64,000 nucleotides of DNA, taken from positions 20,646,001 through 20,710,000 of the forward strand of contig OZ260665.1 in NCBI GenBank assembly GCA_965285935.1, in the 5' to 3' direction. Below are positions 1 to 12,909 of the stretch, piece by piece (position 1 is the stretch's first letter; each line of letters opens with the position of its first letter). A program made the position numbers and the translations under genes. The notes under the pieces are model-generated. The model did no database searches, was not told the DNA's origin, and saw only the letters and a program-made list of their open reading frames with translations. The stretch comes from Ophelia neglecta (Eukaryota).

Positions 1-1368
1 TGCCATTGTAGAATCGTCAGGTCAAAGGTCAAAAAGAGGCGTCGTCGTTCTAATGATTGTTAGGGAATCATAAATGAAAACTATAAATTTTAGCAATAGA
101 TGTTTTACACCTTTCGACCACAGAGAATGAACTGTCTGGCTGGGATCCTCGGCATACATGTGATGTGTGTAGCAACTGGGGTGATAAATTCCAGCATTGT
201 AAACTAAATTTAAGATTTTATGATTTACTCGCTTACACACATAAATTAATCATACAATCAGAAAAATGTCAACTTATCAAATGTGAGTTATTCTTTCATA
301 TAAAGGCTTGGATGTGAATAATACGATGTCCTTCTATTCATTTAGAGGAGTTACACACTAAATCTTCTAGAATTGTTTACTCTAAACAATGGTAGCTCTC
401 TTAATTTTTGAACTGCTTACAATGTTTTTGTTACAAGCAACAACCACTGAAGTCCATCATTGTACCGCATCATATATCATAATGCGTTTCTTTGTGGAAT
501 ATACCTTGAATGGAAGAATTTGCCCTTTCCTATTATCAATGTAAAGTATAGGTAATAATTTCTGTATGCTTACTAAATCTATATAATCTTTCTTTTTCAC
601 CTATAGGGTCTTGCCAGTAGTGTCTAAAGTAATCAATATTGATTTTAAAATGCTAGCTGGCACATTTTACCAAGGTGTCATATTTTTGTGTTCTTGTTAT
701 GGTGTCAGTTAGGTGATATAACTTTCGACACCACAGTTTCTAGACGGCTAATTACGAACGTATGATAGGTTTAAACACAACAAGAACAGGCAGTGATTAC
801 AATATCATATCATATTGTCATTGTCTAGTCAAGCGCCTTTTAATAGCCTTCGTATGGAAAGGTTTATCATTTGTCGGTGTGGTAGAATGCATTAGGTTTC
901 TAACAATATAGAAACTGAGTGTAGAAGCCCCAAAGACCAATCAGTCATCTTTTAGATGAGATTAATGATCAGGAACAATGCTTAATTCCTTAAAAACAAT
1001 AATAAGCTTGTCACTCTGCTAATAAGATGTAACAAAAAGCTTTGGTTTTAACACATGCTCGGTCTTGGCAATAATTCGCACCAAACTAAAAGCTTCAAAT
1101 GCTCACTAGTTGGTCAAATTGAACCCATAAAAAACGGGACTGAATACCTCCAGACAAAGCAATATCAAGTCCACTAAATCAGTCCGAAATAACCAGGAAC
1201 CAGCAACTAAGTTCGCATTGGCACCGATAATTAATGCAAATCAATTGGACATCGTTGCGGTACATGTAGGCACAAAAAATAACATAATTTTTATGTGAAA
1301 GAGAATCTGGTAGTTTTGTATAGGCGTTGCTATTTAACGACAAAACACGTATGTTATCAATATTTCAG

Positions 1369-3719
1369 TTGCCCACAGCGAGGTGTATGGCTATGGGTTC
1401 AGACCGTACGAGTATCTGCCGGCTCCGGAAAGTAATAGCACACACATTCCCGACCTTCAGAGGGCGGCACTTGGAATGTACGGCTTGAGGAGTTTCCTGC
1501 TGCCCCGGATGTTCATGGTCCTATTCTACGTCAAAGAGCAGCTAGGTCTTCAAACCAACCCTTTTCTGGTAGGTTAGAGAAATATAATGAAGGTCATTAG
1601 CGACAAAGAATATATATCAAATAGAAGAGCGCTTCAGCTACCAAACTTCTTAACCCCCTGCCAATCCTTATGTTTGAGTCGTTTCATGTTGGAAAGTAAT
1701 CGTATGTTTGCTTTGCAGCTAGCGAGAATATTCCATGCCATGATTGCAGCCAATTTGCCTTTTGCTGTCTTTTATTTTTTGCGACACACAGTCAAGTCAC
1801 GTGACACACGATTCTTGGCGTCCATTTTGGTGGCCACATCAGAACATCTGACTGTACTAGGCACACACACACTGGTAAACAGTTTCCTGGCTCCTTTTGT
1901 ATTCTTCTTTTTGGGCTGGTTCTTAGAATTGACCTCTTCAAACCAGAACCCAATCAGGGAGGAAGAAGATGCCATTTTAAACGTCACTTATTCATCGACC
2001 GGTGCTTTACTAAAACCTTATAATTGCTTGAATGTCAACGAGAAGCAGAACTCTTTCACTAAACATGCCAACATTGACCCGAAAGTGATCCGAAATGGGG
2101 CAGCAAAAGGAAAAGGGTGTACAAGCAACAACAACAACAACAAAAATAACAAGATGTGCTACATCACAAATTGTCAGGAAAATGCTACTGTGGCCGTATT
2201 TTGGAATTTTAGTAAATATTCTAAGCAAATCGCTTCGTGCTTGATCGGATTTAACGTAGAAATAATAATACACACATTCAAGTCAATGTCAGATATGGTG
2301 CCCATTTCCATTAGAATAGTAGTTGGAATATCATTAGGTATTCTGGTTTATATCAGAGTTGATTTAATACTTTTAGTTGGTTCGGTGATTGTTGTTTTTT
2401 ATGTATTTAATAATTTGTCAAATATGGAATATTTAGCCCCCAACTTGCCCCAGTTTGCTTTAGGGGGATGTATTGGTATAGTCCTGGGAGGCTGGGATGA
2501 CTACACGTGCTATGGTGTTTGGTTTATATCCCCTTATCAATGGTTTAGATTTAATGTTTACCGCGACTTATCTACCACCATCTTTGGTAAAGGAGAATCA
2601 TCTTACTATGTCCAAGAGTTATTTATACGAGATGGATATTCAATCATCCTGTGTCTAGGTGTCCTAATTGCAATTATAACATCTACCGCTATGGTTAGGT
2701 TTGGCTCCCATTCCTCAGTGACAAATACACCATTATTTCGTTTTACGCTGGTTTTTGTTTGCTTGTTAGCTTTCTATTCGGCTAAAGGACACAAGGAGCT
2801 TCGGTTTGTACACAACGTGATTGTGATATACCTTGTAATCAGCGCATTATCTTTTGACCTTCTGATTGATCTCTTATGCAACTTGCTTAATAGGACGACT
2901 GTTAGAAAACTTGCATATGCGTTGACTGTTTTTTCGGCTTTCTGGCATCTCTTTCTCCGATGTGGAACACTAAAGGATAAGAATGTTGCTAGATGGTCGT
3001 ATCAAGGCACAACAGATAGTGGTCACGTGAACAGCTGCTTGGATTTCATTGGCCAGCAGGATGACGTCACCGGTATTTTCCTGGATAAAACCATCCACAT
3101 GACTGGAGGATACAGCGTGTTACACAAGGACGTTCCCATATTGGCTTTAATTCATTATGAATATTACGAATTTGGAAAAAGCGCCAGACAATCCACTTAT
3201 TCCAAATTTGGAAATCAGGATGGAAAAGAAATACATGTCTCAGTTCTATCGCATATATCCGACTTTTTCTCGGTAGATAACAGCCTGTTACTGGTTAAAC
3301 ATATTATCGATAATAAAGTATACAACTATGTTGTGATTGAAGCTGACAGACCCATTCTTGATAATGGATTCCGAAAAGTGTTTTCAACCGGACGTCTACA
3401 AGTTATGAGAAGACACGGGGATGGCCAGTCAGAAATTAGTCTTAAAACTCCTTCAGACCAAATTCCAATCGGTTCAAACTCTACCGTTTTGGAATTCGAA
3501 GGCAGTTGGTTATTAACTTTTGGATTGTACCATAAAGCATTATCGAGACTACATGAGGCTTTGAGACTGGACCGAGATCGAGTAAAGTTGTACCAGCTTC
3601 TCTCTACGACATATGGTGCTCTGGGAGACATGAAAGCTGCCAAAAAACAATTCTCACAATGTAAACAGTTACATGGACAGAAATGTTCTCAGCCTCAACC
3701 TAAAATTGTGCTGCACTGA
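1369..3719 (+). CDS. PIG-B/Alg9-like (Glyco_transf_22, GT-C fold) mannosyltransferase with C-terminal TPR; 5'-partial; exons 1369-1568 and 1719-3719
   Basis: Acceptor tttcag|1369 gives (V)AHSEVYGYGFRPYEY..GLRSFLLP (cf. PIG-B EVAH..VFGYG..TWEW..LRS). Donor ctg|gtaggt at 1569 and acceptor ttgcag|1719 join in phase 0 into LARIFHA. Further GT22-like motifs: THTLVNS, YIRVD, DDYTCYGVWFISPYQWFRFNV, YSAKGHKELRF. Many TM segments. TPR-like helices at ~3480-3670. The upstream exon with the DExxQ motif was not found in the window. Confidence 0.85.
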
Positions 3720-5660
3720 TATGTTATAAGGATATCAAAACAGAAGTGACAATGAAACAAAACAGGTTTTGTCAAATCTGTCACTTACATGACACTATCC
3801 TTAACTACATAAAATCGTCATAACAGTCCATTTGAGAAAAGGGAAAAATACGAATAGTCCATGTTATTACTATCGCATGCCATGTAAAACCAATCTCTAT
3901 GTTATTTGTGACATCTCACCACTAACATTGTAAATCATTATATTATTGTTCTCGCTTTGACATATATTTACACGTGGAAAACAATTATTACATCATATAC
4001 TTGTATAGAAAAACTTTCTGCAAGCCGTTTTCCGATTAAATTAGCCTCTTACCGCTTATCAGATATCTGTTAATCGCCGTTTCTGTTGACCAAGATTTTG
4101 TTAAAGAACAAATTAGCGAAATTTACGTCGACATCAAGCTTCCAGAAACCCCGATTAGCAAGTAAAGACCGATTAAGCACTTTAATTCTGATTTTACCTG
4201 GAAGGCTAACCACTGAAACCTATACATTTACTCTGAATCAACTGTCCATGTGATCGGCTCATGTTCTTCATTTTACGTTAGAAATGGCAGGTTGATATAT
4301 GATTCTGCATTCATCAGAGCAAGGGTCAGACAGTCCCCCGACATGAATGATATGCTGTCATAGGCCAGACTTTATTGAAGGCCTAAATGATGATATGATA
4401 AATGTCTGATCGCATTTTGTGACCTGGGTTGCACTCGTCACTATTTACAATAGGTGGATGTCATGTATGATTAATATATTTGCGAACATTGCTACATCCA
4501 ATGTGGTAAACTATTTTATAAAAATAAAATGAAACATGAGGACTGTAACCAGATTTGACACCTACTGGCAGAAACCAATGTTCATCTTTCCAGGCCATTA
4601 CAATAGTGCAACAACCATACTACCATTTACAATGCAGAAATGATAATGAATTTACTACCTTCGGTATATTCATGCCGAACGGAATGCATTAAACTGTTTT
4701 GCAGCTAATTTAGAAACATTTACCAAATCCTGCCATTTTAATCAGGCTGATGTGCACACATGGGAAATAAATATATCAAATGCGAAAGTTAATTTACATA
4801 TAAGCTAGTACTGCAGAATGACAGAGAAAGGTAAATTCAGCGCCATAGCAACTAGGAAATTGTTGGGGACTAAACTGGTGATTTGGCAACGGTCATACAA
4901 AGACTATCCAAAATGTTGTCAACATTCAGTGAAATTACACGATGAGAAATAATCACGGGAATGGGAAACTCTGGTAGCAGTGTGCGTTATATCTAAAATA
5001 TGATCAGTTATCTGCTTACATTTACTTATTACATTTACCGTCTCTTCGAATCAGCATCAGCTGTTTATCATCCCAAAATACGTGCGGCAATCGCACCATC
5101 ATCAAGTTGCTATATACATGAAAGGTACATGGTTTTCCGTTCAAAGAATATGTGAAAGAATTCCAGATATAATATTTATAACTGCTTGTCAAATCACTAA
5201 AAAGCGACTGGAGATTGCCATCATAATAATCGGAATACTAATGACAGTGACAAATGAGTGGTAGCCGCAAAAAGAAATCAGTATAAATAATTCGTTTCAT
5301 CATGCTAGTATTTTAGCGTTTAAAAGTTTATTCAGTATATTAGCTACGATTATGTATGTAATTCATTCAAGTGTAGCAAACAGGGCTTATGGGAAAGACA
5401 TGTCTCACATAGTTAACCTCCTGATGTAAACTACCACTGGCCTCAGTATTTTCGGACTTTAATACAACGTCGTTTTGGCATTCTTTTATGAATTGCATTC
5501 CAATTATATATTTGGAATTATTAAGCAACATATATAATTGTCACGCAAACATATTACAATCGGTCTGTCTTGTAATCAGTATATAATTGTCATTAAGAAC
5601 TTAACGGTCAGAATTTAAATCAAAGACTGTTGCTTGTTGGAACGTAACAGAACTAGGGCG

Positions 5661-5857
5661 CAGTGGCGGATTTGGGGGGGGGGGGGGGCAGAGGACGCGC
5701 CCCCCTTTTGCCAAAAAGTGGGCCCCGACCAGGGCCTATTTCCGAACCCACGCAAGGTGGATTCAGAGTGTTGGTACCGGGGACAATCCAGACATTGGCC
5801 TTGTCAACCTTGGAAAATTTGCACCCCCCCCTTTCTGAAAGCCTGGATCCGTCACTG
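5661..5857. mobile_element. Non-autonomous DNA transposon (MITE), hAT-like CAG..CTG termini, 6-bp TSD
   Basis: Left end cagtggcggat; right end atccgtcactg (reverse complement cagtgacggat). Flanked by direct repeat agggcg (5655-5660 and 5858-5863). GC-rich with poly-G/poly-C tracts in an AT-rich background. Confidence 0.85.
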
Positions 5858-8800
5858 AGGGCGTATGCGGTATTTGATCTAAACTGGGATATTTTATTTA
5901 GGATGGCTGAAATCTGTATTTTGTCTTCTGTAAATATATAAGGGTGTGCTTAAATAAGTATACTCTTGTTTCTTATACTCAATATGTACTTCGTCTTATT
6001 CATTCATGGGAATCAATCATATACAAATCAGAAAGCATTGAACGTCTTCCAGTTCAACACAATATGCTTACATAGAAAGAATAAGTACACTCAGTTCTGA
6101 CAGTCAATCTCATTGCTACTTTGAACAATGCTCGGTAATGGTTATCCGAATTTCAATTATATAAAACGACAGTATTTTCTTATGGAGGCATTCCAATGAA
6201 GCCAGATACCATAATTTGATTAATGACCTAAGGAATAAACGTTCGCAGAGATGGTGAGCTAACTTTTGCATTTACTATAGAAATTCTCGTAATGAATGGA
6301 ACATTTTAGACAAAGGTCAATTGAATAATAATGAAGTGACTTCCAACTCGAAGGTTAAGAGGAATAATCACATACAACATTATATGATATCTATAAATCA
6401 TTGCCACAGACAACTGTCAAACTAGAAGTAGAAATAGTCCCTCAATTAATCAATGCTAAGGTTATGTCAAAAGAGTCGTGTAGATGGCCTAAATGCTTTC
6501 AAGTGTAATAATCATAGTATATATCATAAACTATCAGTTGTGCTTATTCTTTTTTTACAAACATTTAGTTCATTCTGTGTGCATTTGACATTGTGATATT
6601 TTCATAAAATGTGGTTAATGCGACAAACCAAAAGCGTTGAATACCAATAAAACTCCCATGTCAGTCCATTCGTGTCAATTGTACATTTCCTGCTTTGTGT
6701 ATAGTTTATTAAATTTTGTTGAAAGGCGTTATTAGAAGCACTGTTCAAAAAAAGTGAATTGCTACGAATACACCTACAGAATACATATTGTATATTGCAA
6801 GTTTTTGTTTGTAAAGTAACGATTGTGTTCGATTGTAGGACTGCTTTTCTCCGTAAGACTCAATCAGCTAAAACACCGGATGAGGTTCAGACAATGAAAA
6901 ATAAACCATGAGCCAATAAACTTTTCTGAAAATCTATCAAAGGACATTCCTAAACTATTAAACATTTAGTAAACAAAAACTAAATACAATGGTTGAGAGT
7001 AGCCTATAGTTGGTGCTAAACATATATGCCCAAATCGAATGACTACAATATTTCGGAGTTCGTCGCACCGCACTTATTTGATTGTATGCGACGTTTTGTT
7101 CTAACCTGCGATGCGATTCATGGCAGTGTAATTTGAAAGCGCTGGAACTCTTAACTTAACCTGATAATAACAGACAAGACCAGAGTCATTACCAACATTA
7201 CATTTTAAATTCGGTTATTGCAATAAACTCTTCCCATGCAATTAACAAATCATTGGATCAATAGCGTGCATATATACACAATTTCAACTTATCAAACCAA
7301 TCGTTCATTTCTTTATGGAGAAAAGTATACTTGTCTAAGGCTTTTGGCGAATGAGTCCAACCCCTTTAAATATAGTGCATGGATGATGAATGGCTCTTGT
7401 ACGAGATAGCAATCATTTTCAAAGAAACACTTTACTCTTAATTATGTACTACCTCAATCACATATAAAGTACATATTTGCCTCGAAGAATTCAGACATAT
7501 TAATGTTATAAAGGACAATTGCCTTTTTCCTTTTTATTGCATTTAACTTTTATGTTTCATTTGAATATTTTTCCAGACTCTTACACCACAGACAAACTTA
7601 GAGAATGAATACAATGGCAGTATATTATCAAATGTTTAATAACTAATAGTTGCAAGCATTGCAGAGCACCTTGCATCTTTTGGGAGACACAAAGACTAAA
7701 TAATTGCATATTTGTTAACGGTAAAAAAACGTGGTTAGTTAAACCCTCCTCCTCCTACTAAAAGAAAAGGCCTGACATAAGTTGTATGTCCGTGTTTTAG
7801 ATGGCTAAGAAAACCCAGCCCACACCATTAGCTAAACGTCGAGGCAGGCTTGCATTAAGCTGAAAACTAGTGGGGCACTTACTTTATTTGTTGCTAATTT
7901 CATTAAGCACATTTATATGAGCTGTAGAACAATCCGTTGCAATTTCTAGTCATAAAGCTCTATAGCCAGGTTAGTTTGCTTTGAATGTTGAAATATCATG
8001 TCAGTATTGATATCAATATTAATAGATAGAGCAATCGAAATCAGCGATGTTTGCTTTCTGGCTATACATATTTATTCTTAGTATTTAGCTCTTCAAAGGG
8101 ACAAGTTATTAAAGGGACACTTTACACTCAGGCATCAATTTGGCCGAGACTTTATTCAACTTGTGCGTAAATATATCACTTTATTCACAAGTAGGTCCTA
8201 CGTTGTATTACTTATATGTGTTTTGGCGACGAATAAGACTGAACCTAATTTGTGGGGCCGAAGTATTCTTTTGTCAGTTGTATCGGACACTTTTGTCCCG
8301 TGTCAATTATACCTTATCTCGTATGACTTGGCATTAAACTTATCTGCTTTTCAATGATTTGTAAATGGAAACAGACAAAGTCGAAAAAAGGGGGGTTTGC
8401 CTTAATCAATCAACATACCAGCAAAGTGTGGTACATGACAGAATTCTATTCATGCTGATGAACAGTGCTGGACCTTTAATCATATGTCGGTCACCAGGTT
8501 GGTTAAGTTTAACGTCTAAGGCCGTGCTCGATATATGATATATAAAGCAAATACACATTTCAAATTTGGAGACGGTGATTCATTCAAAAAACATAATTCC
8601 ATGGGAAACTTAAGTGATTAATTTCACAAAACTTAGTGTCAATATTCAACTTATGTGGTATATTTCTTTCCGATTTTTCTTAATGAAGCGCGTTGACATA
8701 TTTTCATGTAAACAGTTTTTTTTAACAAACAAATCAATCCTTACCCATAGGTAATTTATTTGAGTCTATAGCGCCATTCATGATATAGTTTTTTTTTATC

Positions 8801-11800
8801 TATTTACTGACCTGGAATTTGAAGTTGTGAACCCAGTGGAGCATCTAATTGCTTAAAAAAGCCCCAGAATAACAGCTTAGATTTTCAATATGTTAAAGGG
8901 GCATTTTCAAGAGCAGTCAGTATTCGCGGATGTAGTTACTTTCCCAAATTTTCTAAACATGACCTTCTCTCATAGTATTTTCGGCTAATTTAATGTTAAT
9001 AGGAAAATGTTGGCGCACATTTATCTTCCCCGCTATGGAAATAAATCAATGGTAACATTGATGTAATTCATCAAGACAATGGCTACTGAACGCAAATCTA
9101 CTGTGTAAATAATTATACCAAATTTAAACATGAAAAAGGTGTTTTATATCAAACTTTTAAGTGCATGTATTTAAAACGGGCCTCATATCACATATCAAAA
9201 TACGTTTAAGACATTTAATGGTTATATCACGATTTTAAAAATCCTTATTCTCACTGATGGCCAGACTATAATCATTGCCATTTTAGCTGACTGTTGTTTA
9301 CGAAAATATACCGACCTAAGTCCCCCTCGGTTAATATAGAAGGAGTTACACTTTTTTCAAATGGTAACTTACATATTTTGATGCATTTGAAATGTATCAG
9401 AAGTAGTAATTTCTGTCCAACGAAGCAGAAAACGAGAATTTCCACTACAAACAGGATCTTTATTTTGAAATGTGAATTGAACTTCATTCAGACTAGCATT
9501 CCCGGGATCCCGCTTTAATAGTGTCAGATGCTTTCTTTATTATGTATTCAAAGTAGTCAATTTCTAGCAGATCTATTTCAGAGAGAGGATGTTCTTGGTT
9601 ATTTGTGTGCGCAAACAGTTAGCTATACATGTATTGAAATAATTCAATAAGGGGTAAACCTTAGTTTCATACACATGTTTTCTGTTAAAAAAAAGGTGCA
9701 TCGAACTTGAATCCTAATTTAATAGCTTTAATAAATTAGTAGGAAGTGGAGGTTTAAAATATGCCTCTTGATGTTCGCCCGAAGCCCGTTAACAAAATGC
9801 TGGCCACCCATATAAACCTGAGCCTATATTGGCCCAAACAGTATCATTCTTTATCCCGTAATCGAAAATGCCAATTGGTATGTGAAATGTTTATAATAGG
9901 GAAATAAAATCCATTACCATCGGATTTATTTCACTTTTCAACATAAAGCAACAGCCATTCCAGAAGTTGTAAGTGTTTAAAACGAGATGACTTAGAATTG
10001 TTCTTTATTGTTTATGAAAGACCTGGCTGGTGTCTGATAGGCCACAATCGGCCCAGTAACAAGGCCCGGGTCCCAGGGCCTATCCCCATCATCTTATTAT
10101 GGGTCGAGCTTTATAAATGGCTGGGCCCCACACAAGGGCGAGCTGAATCTAGGTATTCGTTACATCCTGGGCCGAGCTGTTTACTGGATTGACCTTATTC
10201 CCGGCAGCGCTGAGAACCGGCCTCAGATTATAAGTGCAGCAACAGAAGTTGTTTTTTTTAGAAGTAGATGTGTAAGTGTTGTGTCGTTTCCTTCGGGAGC
10301 CATACATCGTATTAAAACGTTGTCGATACAAAATAAATATATTAGTTTTCATATGATGAAGGATGGTAACAAAAATCACAATAACCATGCACTAAGCTTA
10401 ACTCGTTCAACACTACAAACGTCAAAAGAGGGCATATACTCCTTTAGTAACATATTGTGAAGGTTGAGCTTGGGAAGTGGCCGACTAACCAACCGTGGCC
10501 ACATCCGGATTATTAAATATCTAATGCGTCTCGTTTCACCAGGAACAAATTGCGGAATATTATGTCAAATTAAGTTTTGAATTATCAATTTCGTTACAAG
10601 ACTATTATTGCCTATTATAAGAAGGTTTTGTTCTAAATATTTCTACATGCTTTCATAACGCAAACGTACATTTACTTTTGTTGAAGTGTGTGACATTGTG
10701 CTATTTAATATAATATAGGTTCAAAAAGGTTCAGTTATTGCAAGGCTTCCTAGGTCTTGACACCATCAAATATCGTGGGTTGGAATAAATTTATACGTCC
10801 GGTCTGACAGGGGCCCACTCTGGCTGTGGCCACTTTTCCCTCAGATCCCGCTGAAGCAACTTGTGTACAGAAAAACAGTATGGGGGGGGGGGGGGGCGTT
10901 CTCTCAAACCTGTCCAGTGTTTATCGAGGCACCTGCTTAAACGTGTTTGGCATAATCGGGTCACGTCTACTTAGGGACAAATATTCCATCTCGTTGCATA
11001 TTGCTCTGAAGGTTGTTTATTGATGCCATTCAAACTGATAAGTCGGCGAAATGACGCTTAAGATTCGGCGGTAGATAGGTCAAAGATCTCATCTACGGGA
11101 AACATTATGTCACTTGGTAATTGCTGAGGAATCAAAAATGAAAACAATAAATCTCTTCAATTAATATTTTCCGTGCTTTGACCATAGATAAAGGACTTAT
11201 AAGCAGGGTTTGCAACGCCTATACTTGGCATTGGTTGGAATGGCGTTGATTTATTTCAGCTATGTATATTAAAGTATAAATTGAATTATTTGTATCCTTA
11301 CAGTTATAAATCTATCATAAGAATAGGCCAAGTGTATCAAATGCCTAGTTACTCCTGTTGTAAATTCATATTGTATTTCACTAATTTCTGTTAATTAAAT
11401 ATCAGTTTAATATGGTTTTAACTATATATAAAATAATTATTTTAGCGCTTTCACCACCAAGGTTCAATAAACTTGACTCTGATCGACGGTTTAAACGATT
11501 TTTGTCGGATCGGGGTACTTCCCCTCCCTGAAAAAGGCCTGGCTGCTGTGGCAAACTCTGGCATTGGAATTTTCATGTTTTTTTTTGGTATGAAGTACAT
11601 CATAATAAAAAAAAGGAAACACTCTTAGGTCATTTGAACAGCCATAATCATTTATGAGATTTCATTGAATACCTTTTGATTCTTTACTTCAATAAGGTAA
11701 GAATGATTAATGTTATGATAATGCTTGTTGCAAACATTTAAATTATTCAAAAGGTTGACATCTGCATCTCACAGTAAGTGAAGGCTGCCGTTGTTCCGTG

Positions 11801-12726
11801 GTTCTAAGATCCGTTAAGGACTGATCCTTATTTTTGATATTTGATAACCCAATATGAACAAAGGAGACAATGAACTGTTATCAGTTGACACAAATTCCAC
11901 CGGTAAATGTTTCTAACTAGCTAAATTAATAAACATTTCCATCAGATTTAATTGAGCAAACCATAGTAATTTTAGGCTATGCAAAACCTTTAACATAATG
12001 TTCCTGTAGCGGCCATTAATTAACTATTTTTAATGCTGCTTCTTAACTTGCTCACATACAAAAAGAATTAATTTGAGCATATATTCATACTAATGGCACA
12101 AACACATAACGAGATGAAATGGGTTGACTACTGACCCATATAACCAAACGTCTAGGAATATGTGTTTACGTTTACATTTCAAGGGTGAATTGTGACAATG
12201 AACAAATCACCGTTATATTTCAAAACCGAAGTGTTACGCCAAGCACAAAACTCAAGAATGTTTTACTTAGAAATAAGGGTTTAGAAAATATAAATTAGGG
12301 CCGCATGTTTCCATAAATCATGTCTGAACTAGACCGTCTAGTCAATGGCTGAATCGGCCTACATTCATCAATGTGTCACGCGTAATGCTCCAAGGTGTCG
12401 CAAGTTTGGCAAAACCGAGTAGATGTTACCTGCATTTTTTTCTTTTAGTATGTAGAGTGGGAACTGCATTTTAAAATGATTATTTTTGACATACGTACTT
12501 TGAACAAGTTACTGCATTTCAAAAGGCGGAGCGGACTGTTGCGGACTTCTGGTTGGCATTCGGTTGGATCAGTTTTCTTTAATTTGTTTATAATGTGGAG
12601 ATAAACCAATATAGTCAGCGGGTAATGTAACAAACAAACATCACTCCCAGTTCTTACACAGTACACAAGCATCTCTATTATATACACATAGCTATATGGC
12701 ATAGACTTTCGGATTTAGCCTTAATG

Positions 12727-12909
12727 CAGTTAATCATATGAATTAAGACCACCCAGGTACTGGTACTGGAAACTACTGGTATGATTATGGAGGTGGTCTG
12801 TTTAGACAGGTTATTTAACATTGAAAGAATGCAGAAGGGTCTTCAAATGAGTGGTCTTAATTTCCAGGTGGTCTGAATATAATGGTGGTCTTTAAGGAAG
12901 GTTTCACTG
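12727..12909. mobile_element. Tc1/mariner(pogo)-type MITE, copy 1
   Basis: Runs cagttaatcatatgaattaagaccac...gtggtctttaaggaaggtttcactg. Colinear with the copy at 58030-58205 (shared ttatggaggtggtctgtttag.caggttattt.acattga). CAGT..ACTG termini. Confidence 0.75.

Noticed and set aside
1587-1718. N-terminal 44 aa of the 710-aa ORF as real protein
   Set aside because: Lies inside the predicted intron 1569-1718; homology continues in the upstream exon instead.
8893-9518. TTAA-flanked (Kolobok/piggyBac-like) element
   Set aside because: The ends aggggcatttt and gggatcccgct are not convincing inverted repeats.
11117-11165. Minimal hammerhead ribozyme (ctgagga..gaaa with taattg/caatta stem)
   Set aside because: Stem II has only 2 bp and stem III cannot pair; probably chance.
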